Source of the DNA: Serratia phage PCH45
Length of the DNA: 40,000 bases
Sequence record: MN334766.1
Strand: one strand, 5' to 3'
Below the pieces are notes generated by a model. The model was not told the origin of the DNA. It searched no databases and saw only the letters and a program-made list of their open reading frames with translations. How positions within the stretch are numbered: position 1 is the first letter of the stretch; every line of letters starts with the position of its first letter. Shown piece after piece: positions 16,200 to 24,669 of this stretch. The translations under genes and the position numbers were made by a program.

Positions 16200-18179
16200 A
16201 TGTCATTTAATGATAAAGAAAAACAAACTCCTGCCCAGGACATGAAAGATTTCAAAAATCAGAAGCGCGAAGAACGACGCACTGAAAGCCGCAACGATGA
16301 TCGTGAAGAAGATCGTGGTGGCCGCCGTAACCGTCGTGACGACGCTTCTGACAAAAAGCCGGGTAACGATCCGTGGGGAATGATGACGAAGTTCGGCGCG
16401 CCGATCTCTTCAATCAACGGTTCCGCACTGGAGAAGTTCAGTACTCCGGCGAAAGACTTCCTGGAATTCTACGGTGCGACCTTCGCAGACAAGTTCGGTC
16501 TGAAGCTGGATATCCTTCTGGCTGGTACTGAGCAGACTCGCGTTCGTATCGAATCCGTCATCTTCTTAGCGACCCGTGAAAAAGCTGGCGCTAAACCGGA
16601 AACCCTGGTCTATACTCTGTTCCTGCCGACCAGCTCCAACATCGGTACTCAGTACACCGAAGGCGAGCGCGGCCGCAGCGGTCTGGGTTATTCCGCGGTA
16701 GCATCCGATGCGTACGATGGTCACTTCAAACGTAACGTTGAAGCGTTCATCAAGAAAGACAGCCGTAACAACGCCGGTGATATCATCCATATCGGCGCAG
16801 GTACTGTACCTTCCACGTTCGATCTGAGCAAAGAAGAGAAAGTACGCGGCCTGATCCAGTACGCGGTTAACGTTCTGTGGTATCAGTTCGCTGATATGTA
16901 CGACAACATCAACGACTTTGCACTGGTGGATCTGTTCCCGAAACGCAATGGCGATGATGAAGATGACCGCCGCGGTCGTCGTCGTGATGACGAAGTAATC
17001 CTGAACTCCAACGTTGTATTCAAACCGGAAGAGTCTCTGGACGTATTCGAAATGCCGCACGAACACGATATCCAGATCGAAGTTTCTCTGGGCCGCCGTC
17101 GCCGCGATAAAGATCGTCCGCGTAACGCGCTGTCTCTGGAAGAAAACCAGACCCTGGCTAAAATCGGTGCAAACGTTGACCTGGTATACCTGGGTGAAGA
17201 AGATAACGGCGGTCGCCGTTCTGGTCGTAACAAGTTCCGCGGTCGTCGTCGCGACGAAGAGTCCGCAGTTCCGCTGTACGGCCTGGCGCTGAACGTAACT
17301 GAAATCACCACCGAAGGCCGCGATGTAATGGCAATGCAGCTGACTGCACTGGCAAACATCCCGCTGCTGATCAAAGAGTCTATCCTGACTCAGGCACTGC
17401 TGCCGTCCGCTGACGAAGTTCGTCTGCGCGATCCTCGTGCTCTGGCGCTGGAACAACCGGAAAGCTTCCCGGCTGATCTGATTGCTGAGCATCCGAGCGA
17501 AGAAGAGTGGGCTAACCTGATGGAAGCCGTTCTGCACGAAGACAGCACTTACATCTTCCTGCACGCTCCGCGCACCGGCGTACACAGCCAGCTGCTGACC
17601 TACCTGGTCGACGCATGTGACGAAGAGTCTGATACTTCTGACGACTCTTACGAAATCGTTACTCGCGTACTGAACGCGCTGACCAACAACGAATATCGCC
17701 AGCTGGGCGGCGAAGACATGGAATTCGGTACTCTCGAAATCCGTCAGTCCTTCGCAGGCTACTGGAACGATGATCGTTCTGGCGAACGTCGTGACCTGGC
17801 TCCGATCGGTTACTTCAACATGCTGACCCGTTTCGGCCAGCAGCATCCTGAATATCTCGATATCTACACTCGTTGCTTCGACAACGATTCCGATACCGAC
17901 GATATCAATGCACGTAACGAAGAGCTGATCTCTGCTTACACCGGTAAAGGCTACACCATCGTTGACCGTAACGACGTTGTCCGTCTGAACCCGGCGTGGC
18001 TGGCAACGATTGCCGATGCACTGCGTGATTCCGGCGTATCTATCGATGCGGAAGGTATCCACACTGAGCGTGGCCGTCGTCGTCCGATGTCTAACCAGTA
18101 CGCTACTGGCGACATGAAGTCTGGTCTGTTCCGTCGTGGCCGTGGTCGCGATCGTGGCGGTCGTGGTGGCCGTTGGTAA
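16200..18179 (+). CDS. large Arg/Asp/Gly-rich-insert protein; candidate phage nuclear-shell protein (chimallin-like) by position only
   Basis: 659 aa, apparently CTG/CGT-biased codons, mixed-charge inserts (DDEDDRRGRRRDDE, GRRRRDKDRPR) and C-terminal RRGRGRDRGGRGGRW; immediately upstream of the beta' N-part. Confidence 0.3.
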   Translation: MSFNDKEKQTPAQDMKDFKNQKREERRTESRNDDREEDRGGRRNRRDDASDKKPGNDPWGMMTKFGAPISSINGSALEKFSTPAKDFLEFYGATFADKFGLKLDILLAGTEQTRVRIESVIFLATREKAGAKPETLVYTLFLPTSSNIGTQYTEGERGRSGLGYSAVASDAYDGHFKRNVEAFIKKDSRNNAGDIIHIGAGTVPSTFDLSKEEKVRGLIQYAVNVLWYQFADMYDNINDFALVDLFPKRNGDDEDDRRGRRRDDEVILNSNVVFKPEESLDVFEMPHEHDIQIEVSLGRRRRDKDRPRNALSLEENQTLAKIGANVDLVYLGEEDNGGRRSGRNKFRGRRRDEESAVPLYGLALNVTEITTEGRDVMAMQLTALANIPLLIKESILTQALLPSADEVRLRDPRALALEQPESFPADLIAEHPSEEEWANLMEAVLHEDSTYIFLHAPRTGVHSQLLTYLVDACDEESDTSDDSYEIVTRVLNALTNNEYRQLGGEDMEFGTLEIRQSFAGYWNDDRSGERRDLAPIGYFNMLTRFGQQHPEYLDIYTRCFDNDSDTDDINARNEELISAYTGKGYTIVDRNDVVRLNPAWLATIADALRDSGVSIDAEGIHTERGRRRPMSNQYATGDMKSGLFRRGRGRDRGGRGGRW

Positions 18180-18216
18180 TTAGCCAGGGATTGTTAATCC
18201 TTGGTTAGATAAGGTG

Positions 18217-18245
18217 AAGGGGACTTAGGTCCCCTTTTCTTTTTT
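18217..18245 (+). terminator. intrinsic terminator AAGGGGAC-ttag-GTCCCCTT-TTCTTTTTTC
   Basis: 8-bp stem and T-rich tail between ORFs. Confidence 0.8.
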
Positions 18246-18269
18246 CTTTAATTACCTACCGGAGAGAAA

Positions 18270-19694
18270 ATGGGCATTTCCTTAACGATTGATGACTATG
18301 ATAAAGATTTCCATAGCATCGATACAGACCCAGTGTTATTGAACTCGCTCTACAACTCCGAGCTGAATTCGATCAACCCGGTGAAAGCCGTAATGGTCAC
18401 CGAGTACGAAGGCGATTTCATCCAGACCTTACCATCTTGCGTTTGTGGTAAGACAACTGGTCGACCGAACTATGGCGTTGTCTGTCCGCATTGCGATACA
18501 GAAGTAATGTCAGCGGTTGAGCGTGGATTCGTTACGGATGTATGGATAGAGGCACCTGAAGGCGTGAGCAGTTTTATCCTGCCTAACTTCTTTGCGATGT
18601 TGGATTCTTCTTTTAATAAGAACTCCTTCAACGCATTCCGCTATCTGTGCTATAACCGTTATAAGGTCGAAGAGAAAGGAGAAGGCGTTCGAGATCGTAT
18701 CAAAGCCTCGGGGATTCCTCGCGGGTACAATTACTTCATCGATAATTTCGAAGAAGTTTTCACTGAATTAATGACCATGCCGATCTTTAAAGATAAGCGT
18801 GGATATAACGAAAAAGTATTAGCAGTATATCGGAAATACGGTAAAAAATTATTTCCACGATTCCTCCCTATGCCATCTAAAAGATCAGTCATTACAGAAC
18901 TGTCAGGCAAGGGCAGGAAGGTGGCCGGTGGTTATCAGCACTTACTGAACGGTGCATCAGCCATTTACGAAGCATGTAACCCACGTCTGAACGTATCAGA
19001 TCGTGAACGTGCAACGTTTAACGCCTTATCGATGTTCAAGGATTACCACGCATTTGTGGACCGTGAGATCTTAGGCTCGAAAGAAGGCTGGTATCGTAAG
19101 CATGTATTCGGTTCTCGTATGGGACCAACCTTCCGTGCGGTGATTTCCTCACTAGCTGGTATACATGAGTATGATGAATTGCATCTTCCGTTCGGCGTAG
19201 CTGTCGCAACGTATCGTCCGTACATCATGAATAAGCTGTTACGTCAAGGCTATCTGGTGAACGAGGCTGAGCGTTTCATTATTAATGCAATCACCGCCAA
19301 AGGCGATCAGACAGACAGTCCAATGATGGCTATCATCAACGAACTGATCGAGGAGTGCCCTCACAAAGGTCTTCCTGTACTGTTCGGTCGTCAACCTACG
19401 TTGAACCTTCGCTCAATCCAGCTGTTCTACGTAACGAAAGTGAAAAGCGACCCTGCTGATAATACAATCGGCATTAGCATCCTGGCTATCAAAGCACCTA
19501 ACGCTGACTTTGATGGTGACCAGATGCAGGGCATGCCTATCCTGTCTTACGTTGACTGGGAACGTGCGAAGATGTTGGCGGGTCACAGCGGGATCAACTC
19601 CCTAGACGCGCCAAGGTCGCTGAACCGTAACCTGGTTATGCCAGATACGGATTTCTCAACACTCAACAACTTCATGTATGGGAATAGCAGATGA
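18270..19694 (+). CDS. multisubunit RNA polymerase beta' subunit N-terminal fragment (non-virion RNAP-type)
   Basis: CVCGKTTGRPNYGVVCPHCDTEV zinc motif, GRQPTLN, catalytic NADFDGDQM. Confidence 0.9.
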   Translation: MGISLTIDDYDKDFHSIDTDPVLLNSLYNSELNSINPVKAVMVTEYEGDFIQTLPSCVCGKTTGRPNYGVVCPHCDTEVMSAVERGFVTDVWIEAPEGVSSFILPNFFAMLDSSFNKNSFNAFRYLCYNRYKVEEKGEGVRDRIKASGIPRGYNYFIDNFEEVFTELMTMPIFKDKRGYNEKVLAVYRKYGKKLFPRFLPMPSKRSVITELSGKGRKVAGGYQHLLNGASAIYEACNPRLNVSDRERATFNALSMFKDYHAFVDREILGSKEGWYRKHVFGSRMGPTFRAVISSLAGIHEYDELHLPFGVAVATYRPYIMNKLLRQGYLVNEAERFIINAITAKGDQTDSPMMAIINELIEECPHKGLPVLFGRQPTLNLRSIQLFYVTKVKSDPADNTIGISILAIKAPNADFDGDQMQGMPILSYVDWERAKMLAGHSGINSLDAPRSLNRNLVMPDTDFSTLNNFMYGNSR

Positions 19695-20308
19695 AGGTAA
19701 GAATAATCGAAGGGGACGAAGCAATAATGTCTGCCGTTGCTTATGGAAGAAGAAGTCGTGATTCCGTAGAGCGCAGCGTTAGCCGTCTCCGTAGATTCAG
19801 CCGGAACCTGCGGGACGGTGTACTCGATAAGATTGATCGTATCGAGGGTAGTATCAAACGTTATCTCGATGAAGATATTAGTCGTGTAGTACGTGATGTT
19901 AACAAACGTCGTAAGCGTGGTTATCGCGATGATGTAATCATGTTCCTGGAATCACGGGAAGAGATTGCAGACTGTCAACCACGTATGCGTCGCTGGGCTT
20001 TAGCTAACCGTCGCTTGGGCGCACTGTTCCGACAGCAGCGTCTGGATGGTTGGGGAGCGGCTCCAGAGTTCTTAGACTTTGAACCTGGTGAACGTGATCC
20101 TTACTATGTAGCAACCCGGAACGGCGTAGCAGAGAAGGATGAAGAATCCGGTATCTTCTACTCCGAATACAGTTATGGCGATTGCGAAGTTGACGGTGAT
20201 GTTCTCACTGCCGATGAGCAACTTGACGTAATTGCGACTCACGACATCATCGATGATTTGTTGGATCAAGGCATCGACCCGACAAGCCCTCTGGGCGAAT
20301 TATTGTAA
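19691..20308 (+). CDS. basic hypothetical protein, 205 aa
   Basis: ATGA-coupled to beta' fragment; Arg-rich N-terminal half. Confidence 0.7.
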   Translation: MKVRIIEGDEAIMSAVAYGRRSRDSVERSVSRLRRFSRNLRDGVLDKIDRIEGSIKRYLDEDISRVVRDVNKRRKRGYRDDVIMFLESREEIADCQPRMRRWALANRRLGALFRQQRLDGWGAAPEFLDFEPGERDPYYVATRNGVAEKDEESGIFYSEYSYGDCEVDGDVLTADEQLDVIATHDIIDDLLDQGIDPTSPLGELL

Positions 20309-20317
20309 CTGTAATGA

Positions 20318-20359
20318 GAAAAGGGAGGCGGGGTTAACACCCTGCCTTTCTTTTTTTGT
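20318..20359 (+). terminator. intrinsic terminator (GGGAGGCGGGGT-taac-ACCCTGCCTTTC + T tract)
   Basis: About 12-bp stem including G-U pairs, then TTTTTTT. Confidence 0.75.
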
Positions 20360-20375
20360 TCCTTTGGGGGATAAT

Positions 20376-20768
20376 ATGAATACAGTTTACCCAACACCCA
20401 CGGAATACCAAAGCGATCCTGGTAAGATGGCAGATTGGATCTTCTCCAACTCTTTGCTCTCTAAAGAATCCCAGACCGCCGTTTTCTACGGTAGCATTCA
20501 TTCGCTGGATGCTATTATGAAGAAGAATATCAATAACCCAGACCAATTGGGCCGCGCAGCACAGGAGATGTATACCGAGCTTTTCGAGAAGTATTTCGAT
20601 GAAGCGGAAGTATCTCATCAGCTCGCTCCCGATCCTGAATTTGGTAACGCACTCATCTTAAAGATCAGCGTTAACTACAAACAGGAAAACGTCTGGCGAT
20701 CATTATCAGAAACGGTCATCTACTTAAACGGTAAGACCAAGAAACTTTCGGAGGTTATTAATGGCTGA
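20376..20768 (+). CDS. hypothetical protein, 130 aa
   Basis: Start refined from 20232 to ATG 20376 with GGGGG SD-like sequence. Confidence 0.7.
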   Translation: MNTVYPTPTEYQSDPGKMADWIFSNSLLSKESQTAVFYGSIHSLDAIMKKNINNPDQLGRAAQEMYTELFEKYFDEAEVSHQLAPDPEFGNALILKISVNYKQENVWRSLSETVIYLNGKTKKLSEVING

Positions 20769-21435
20769 TGTACCAAAGGTTGGCGAATCGCCTAACGATG
20801 GACTGGGCGAATACGATGAGCGCGCCCTGGATATTATCCTGAACGATTATGCTCAGGAAGAAACGCCTCGTCTCGGCATCACTCCTTTCCGCAATACCTA
20901 CCTTCCGGTCCTGGCACGCAAACATCCGCGAGCAGAAGACCAGGCAGCTGTCCGCCGCATGTGGATTGCTGAGGTAGCGAAATCCAACCGCTATCCGGTT
21001 TTCATCGTCGATGATTCTGATAGCACCAAAGTCCTTTATCGTGTACCGCCATTGATCGGTACGGTGCACACCGGGATTACTGGCCACGAAGAGTCCATGA
21101 ACTCTATGGACCAGATGGAGCAAGAGTACAAAGATCGACTTTCTACTCTCGGCGCTAAGGTACGTGAACAGAAATTCAACATGTTCAGTCCTGCCACAAC
21201 CGTTAACCGCGAGTTCCAACTCGACTGGATTCGTATTCTGTCCGACTTTGGTTACTTGACCGAACTGAAAGAAGTTCTGGGCGAAGGCCCGTACCCTGAA
21301 GACGTTGAAGCTATTATTGGCGACAAGTTGAAAGGGCAGGTGTCTAATAAAGAAGACATGACTTCACCAGCAGCCGCAGGCGCAGGGACAATCGGTTTGG
21401 CAAGTGACGAAGTCTATGAAGAAGAAGACTTCTGA
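20761..21435 (+). CDS. hypothetical protein, 224 aa
   Basis: Intact ORF overlapping neighbours. Confidence 0.75.
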   Translation: MADVPKVGESPNDGLGEYDERALDIILNDYAQEETPRLGITPFRNTYLPVLARKHPRAEDQAAVRRMWIAEVAKSNRYPVFIVDDSDSTKVLYRVPPLIGTVHTGITGHEESMNSMDQMEQEYKDRLSTLGAKVREQKFNMFSPATTVNREFQLDWIRILSDFGYLTELKEVLGEGPYPEDVEAIIGDKLKGQVSNKEDMTSPAAAGAGTIGLASDEVYEEEDF

Positions 21436-22600
21436 TCTAGCTGATTCGATCAGAGATGCGTTAGGTGTAGCTCCAGAACAGGAAAAGGTCATCCGGATAT
21501 TATTCGGAACCGATTTCCACTTCGGCAGTACTCGTACCCCGTCGCTATCGACATTGAGAAGTATCAAACATGCGTGGCCCGATTCACCTGAAATGGCTAA
21601 ACATGACTTGTTCATTATCGGTGGCGACTGGATGGACCGGCTTATCAATCTGTCTCAACAGTCAGCTTATGAAGCCCAGGAAGCAGCAATACACATCCTG
21701 ACGGTCTGTAAGAAGTACGATATAAAGTTACGTATAGTAGAGGGGACGTGTAGTCATGACCGACGCCAGTCGATTATGTTTACTGAGCTCAACACGCGAC
21801 TAGAGATCGGATGTGACCTTAAGTACTTCCAGGATCTCGCGATAGAGTTCATTGACGACCTTAACCTCACTGTACTTTACCTGCCGGACGAATGGCACCA
21901 CGACTCTGATGAGACGTTACGCCAAGCTCAGGAGCTTATTAAAGCTAATGGATTACAAAAGGTAGACATCGCTGTTGTACACGGCGGTTTCAAATACCAA
22001 TTCCCATTAGAGCTTCCGTCTCTCCATGACGAAGTAGCTTGGTCCGAGTTAGTTAATTACGCAATCTTGTCGGGTCATATCCACGCCCATAGTCGTTGCC
22101 TTAAAGTTATTTGCGGCGGTTCATTCAACCGTAACAACCACGACGAAGATGGGCCTAAGGGACATATCCGCTTAGAGATTGCCAAAGGACGCGTACGGAA
22201 AGTTGATTTCGTCGACAACCCGTATGCAAAAATTTACAAGACCATCAATATCTTTGACTTAGACATTCAAGACGTTCTCGAACAAATTGCTCAGTTAGGT
22301 TCATTGCCAGACGGTAGTGCTATCCGACTTGAGTATCGTGATCCTGATCCAATCAAAGCGATTCGTGAAACTGTTGAGGCGGTTTATCCGCGTTATATCT
22401 TCAGTGACGTGAAACGCGTAGAGAAAAAAGAAAAGGAATTACGCAAGTTGTTCTCCGGGACTATTTTTCAGCCCGTAGAGATTACCCGTAACTCGGTAGT
22501 CAAACTTGTTGTTGAACGCCTGGCGAAGAAAGGCAACGGTGATGATGTTCTCGCCTTAGCCACCAAAGCTATTAATGAAACTATAGAAGAAGGTATATGA
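21404..22600 (+). CDS. sbcD: SbcD/Mre11-like metallophosphoesterase nuclease
   Basis: LFGTDFHFG, IIGGDWMD, GTCSHDRR, VVHGGFKYQF, ILSGHIHAHS; calcineurin-like phosphoesterase motif set. Confidence 0.8.
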   Translation: MTKSMKKKTSDLADSIRDALGVAPEQEKVIRILFGTDFHFGSTRTPSLSTLRSIKHAWPDSPEMAKHDLFIIGGDWMDRLINLSQQSAYEAQEAAIHILTVCKKYDIKLRIVEGTCSHDRRQSIMFTELNTRLEIGCDLKYFQDLAIEFIDDLNLTVLYLPDEWHHDSDETLRQAQELIKANGLQKVDIAVVHGGFKYQFPLELPSLHDEVAWSELVNYAILSGHIHAHSRCLKVICGGSFNRNNHDEDGPKGHIRLEIAKGRVRKVDFVDNPYAKIYKTINIFDLDIQDVLEQIAQLGSLPDGSAIRLEYRDPDPIKAIRETVEAVYPRYIFSDVKRVEKKEKELRKLFSGTIFQPVEITRNSVVKLVVERLAKKGNGDDVLALATKAINETIEEGI

Positions 22601-22767
22601 TGGAAACTGTTAACTTGGCATTTAAAGTTGCCGGAGCGTTTTGTTTAGCATCGTCTGTTGGCCTGTACTTGTTACTGTACTTCGCGATGTCCTCTACCGC
22701 TCGTAACGGCATCGGGAGCCTCAATGGTAAACTTCGATCAAATCCTCGCCGAAAGGAAAAAGGATAA
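22597..22767 (+). CDS. 56-aa putative single-pass membrane protein MMETVNLAFKVAGAFCLASSVGLYLLLYFAMSSTARNG...
   Basis: ATGA overlap with sbcD-like stop; one hydrophobic helix; absent from supplied ORF track. Confidence 0.55.
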   Translation: MMETVNLAFKVAGAFCLASSVGLYLLLYFAMSSTARNGIGSLNGKLRSNPRRKEKG

Positions 22768-23554
22768 TCTCCCTATTTCAGTTGGCACATCCCTCGCCAT
22801 TGAAGCGCTGAAAGAGAATCAGCGCTATGAATCTATCTGGATCAATGTCCGCACGCTTTACCGTAACATTCTTCATTCTGTTGAAGATACGGATAAGCGT
22901 GCCTTGTTTACTGCCCGCGGAAACCGTGAGGAAGCTGCGGTAGCAATCGGCAAGGCTATCTCGCAAGAGAAAGAGATTATCCAGAACTATCTCAACGGAA
23001 GGGTTGATGGCGTTCGACTTTATCTCCTCGGTTATAAAGACCTGGAGAAGAAGTTCCCCAACGCCAAACTCAAAATCCCTACAACCGATAACCAAAAAGG
23101 ATATTGGGGATTGATGGACTCCGTAATCGATGAAGTTCTCGGTGTCGATTACGACCAGGAAATCCGTTGGGATAAGGGCTCGGAACTGGAAGGTGAACCA
23201 ACTAAATCGGTGATCATTACCAATCATCCGGTTGACTTGTTGAGCCGTACTAAGTTCCGTGATTTGCGTCTGCTGGAATCCCATACTGGCGCAGTAAAAC
23301 CAAAAAGTCAATGGTACACCAAACTCTCTGACGGTAAAGAGCTGAAGAACATTCCGTTCAACCGCTTCACTATCCAGGTGTTTGGAGATGGACCATTCCA
23401 GTTCGAGCGTTGGAACCTTAAGTTCCGCAGTGCAATTCTCCTATTGGCCCACGATAACCGCTGGGGACCTGTAACTACACTGGATCGTATTCGCTTCTGT
23501 CTTGACAGAATGCGCGATCGTTTCTCCGGTGAAATGCTCAAGAAACTGTTGTAA
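22724..23554 (+). CDS. hypothetical protein, 276 aa
   Basis: Start refined from 22658 to ATG 22724 (MVNFDQILAERKK). Confidence 0.7.
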   Translation: MVNFDQILAERKKDNLPISVGTSLAIEALKENQRYESIWINVRTLYRNILHSVEDTDKRALFTARGNREEAAVAIGKAISQEKEIIQNYLNGRVDGVRLYLLGYKDLEKKFPNAKLKIPTTDNQKGYWGLMDSVIDEVLGVDYDQEIRWDKGSELEGEPTKSVIITNHPVDLLSRTKFRDLRLLESHTGAVKPKSQWYTKLSDGKELKNIPFNRFTIQVFGDGPFQFERWNLKFRSAILLLAHDNRWGPVTTLDRIRFCLDRMRDRFSGEMLKKLL

Positions 23555-23615
23555 TCCTTTTTTACACCAGTTTCACTTCATTTGTAAAGAACCCATTAAT
23601 CAGAGGCTGAACAGA

Positions 23616-24419
23616 ATGGCAGAACAACAAGGTGGTTATCAGTTAGGTCGTCGTCATCGTCCGTTGGATGACTGGTCCTTACGTCTTTGGGGCGATATTG
23701 CTCCCGGTGCGCAGAAACCAACTTTCTTTTATATCGACTTCCGTTACGGCCTGAACGAAGAGTACCGTGACATCGAGCTCGGTGTAAACTTCCGTAAGCA
23801 GGGTAAAGAAGGTAAAATCAAAGCCTTCCCGTCGCAGTCTATCTTCTACGCTATCTGCGACCTGATCAAAAAGATGGCGGACAACCCGGACCGTTACCCT
23901 TCCGGTTTCGCTCGTGTATTTGACAACATGACGCAGATGGTCGCAGGTCGCCGCGTAGATACTCCGGTATCTGACGTTAAAGTCGTTGTTGGTATGGACG
24001 ACGATGGCATCTGGATCGCCCTGGCGAAGAAAGGTCACGACAACATCAAGTGCCGCTTCGCCGCACCAATGAGCTGGGTACTGCGCAATGGTCAAGGTCA
24101 ACCGCTGACTGCTAAAGAAGTATCCATCGAAATGGCATACTCCGTAGCAACCCAGTGGCGTAACTACGTTGAACATGTACTGAAAACTCAATACATGGGC
24201 GACGACAAGCTGGATGCAGCTAAGGCTAAGAAGAAAGCAGATGCTTTCTCCGGTAGTCGTGGCGGCGGACAGGGTGGCGGCCAAGGCGGTAACAGTGGCT
24301 GGGGTGGTAACAACGGTGGTGGTCAACAGTCACAACCTGCTGCGGCAAGTGCTGATACCTGGACTGTTCCGGGTGGCGGTAATGCTGGCGGCGGTTACGA
24401 CGAAGACATCCCGTTCTGA
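23616..24419 (+). CDS. ssb: single-stranded DNA-binding protein-like
   Basis: 267 aa: folded N-terminal domain, Gly/Gln-rich linker (GGGQGGGQGGNSGWGGNNGGGQQ), C-terminal tip DEDIPF as in bacterial SSB. Confidence 0.7.
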   Translation: MAEQQGGYQLGRRHRPLDDWSLRLWGDIAPGAQKPTFFYIDFRYGLNEEYRDIELGVNFRKQGKEGKIKAFPSQSIFYAICDLIKKMADNPDRYPSGFARVFDNMTQMVAGRRVDTPVSDVKVVVGMDDDGIWIALAKKGHDNIKCRFAAPMSWVLRNGQGQPLTAKEVSIEMAYSVATQWRNYVEHVLKTQYMGDDKLDAAKAKKKADAFSGSRGGGQGGGQGGNSGWGGNNGGGQQSQPAAASADTWTVPGGGNAGGGYDEDIPF

Positions 24420-24431
24420 TAGGTGTTGGCT

Positions 24432-24569
24432 ATGGAACAGACGACAGAACTCGGCGGCAATGCCCGTTCTTTTGCTGAACATGTCAAATGCGGGTTTAGA
24501 ACAACCGGGTGTATGTTAGGCGTATTCACGGTTATCGTTCTGCTTGCGATAAGAAAACTGTTTAGCTAA
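24432..24569 (+). CDS. 45-aa putative membrane protein (MEQTTELGGNARSFAEHVKCGFRTTGCMLGVFTVIVLLAIRKLFS)
   Basis: Small ORF with one hydrophobic segment, fills a gap between SSB-like gene and hairpin; absent from track. Confidence 0.45.
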   Translation: MEQTTELGGNARSFAEHVKCGFRTTGCMLGVFTVIVLLAIRKLFS

Positions 24570-24574
24570 AAGAA

Positions 24575-24599
24575 AGAGGTGGGGTTCGTCCCCACCTCT
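24575..24599 (+). terminator. hairpin AGAGGTGGGG-ttcgt-CCCCACCTCT
   Basis: Perfect 10-bp stem; no T tract. Confidence 0.6.
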
Positions 24600-24630
24600 C
24601 CGCCTTGTGACTATCTAATAAATTTTGTCT

Positions 24631-24640
24631 TATATATTAT
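24631..24640 (+). promoter_or_regulatory. promoter-like motif TATATATTAT
   Basis: 30 nt upstream of ATG 24670. Confidence 0.45.
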
Positions 24641-24669
24641 CTCCATGAGCTTAGAAAGAGGAATGCTTA

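Noticed and set aside
16566-18062. 498-aa minus-strand ORF opposite the 659-aa gene
   Set aside because: Shadow ORF of strongly codon-biased plus-strand gene; no SD, composition unlike a protein.
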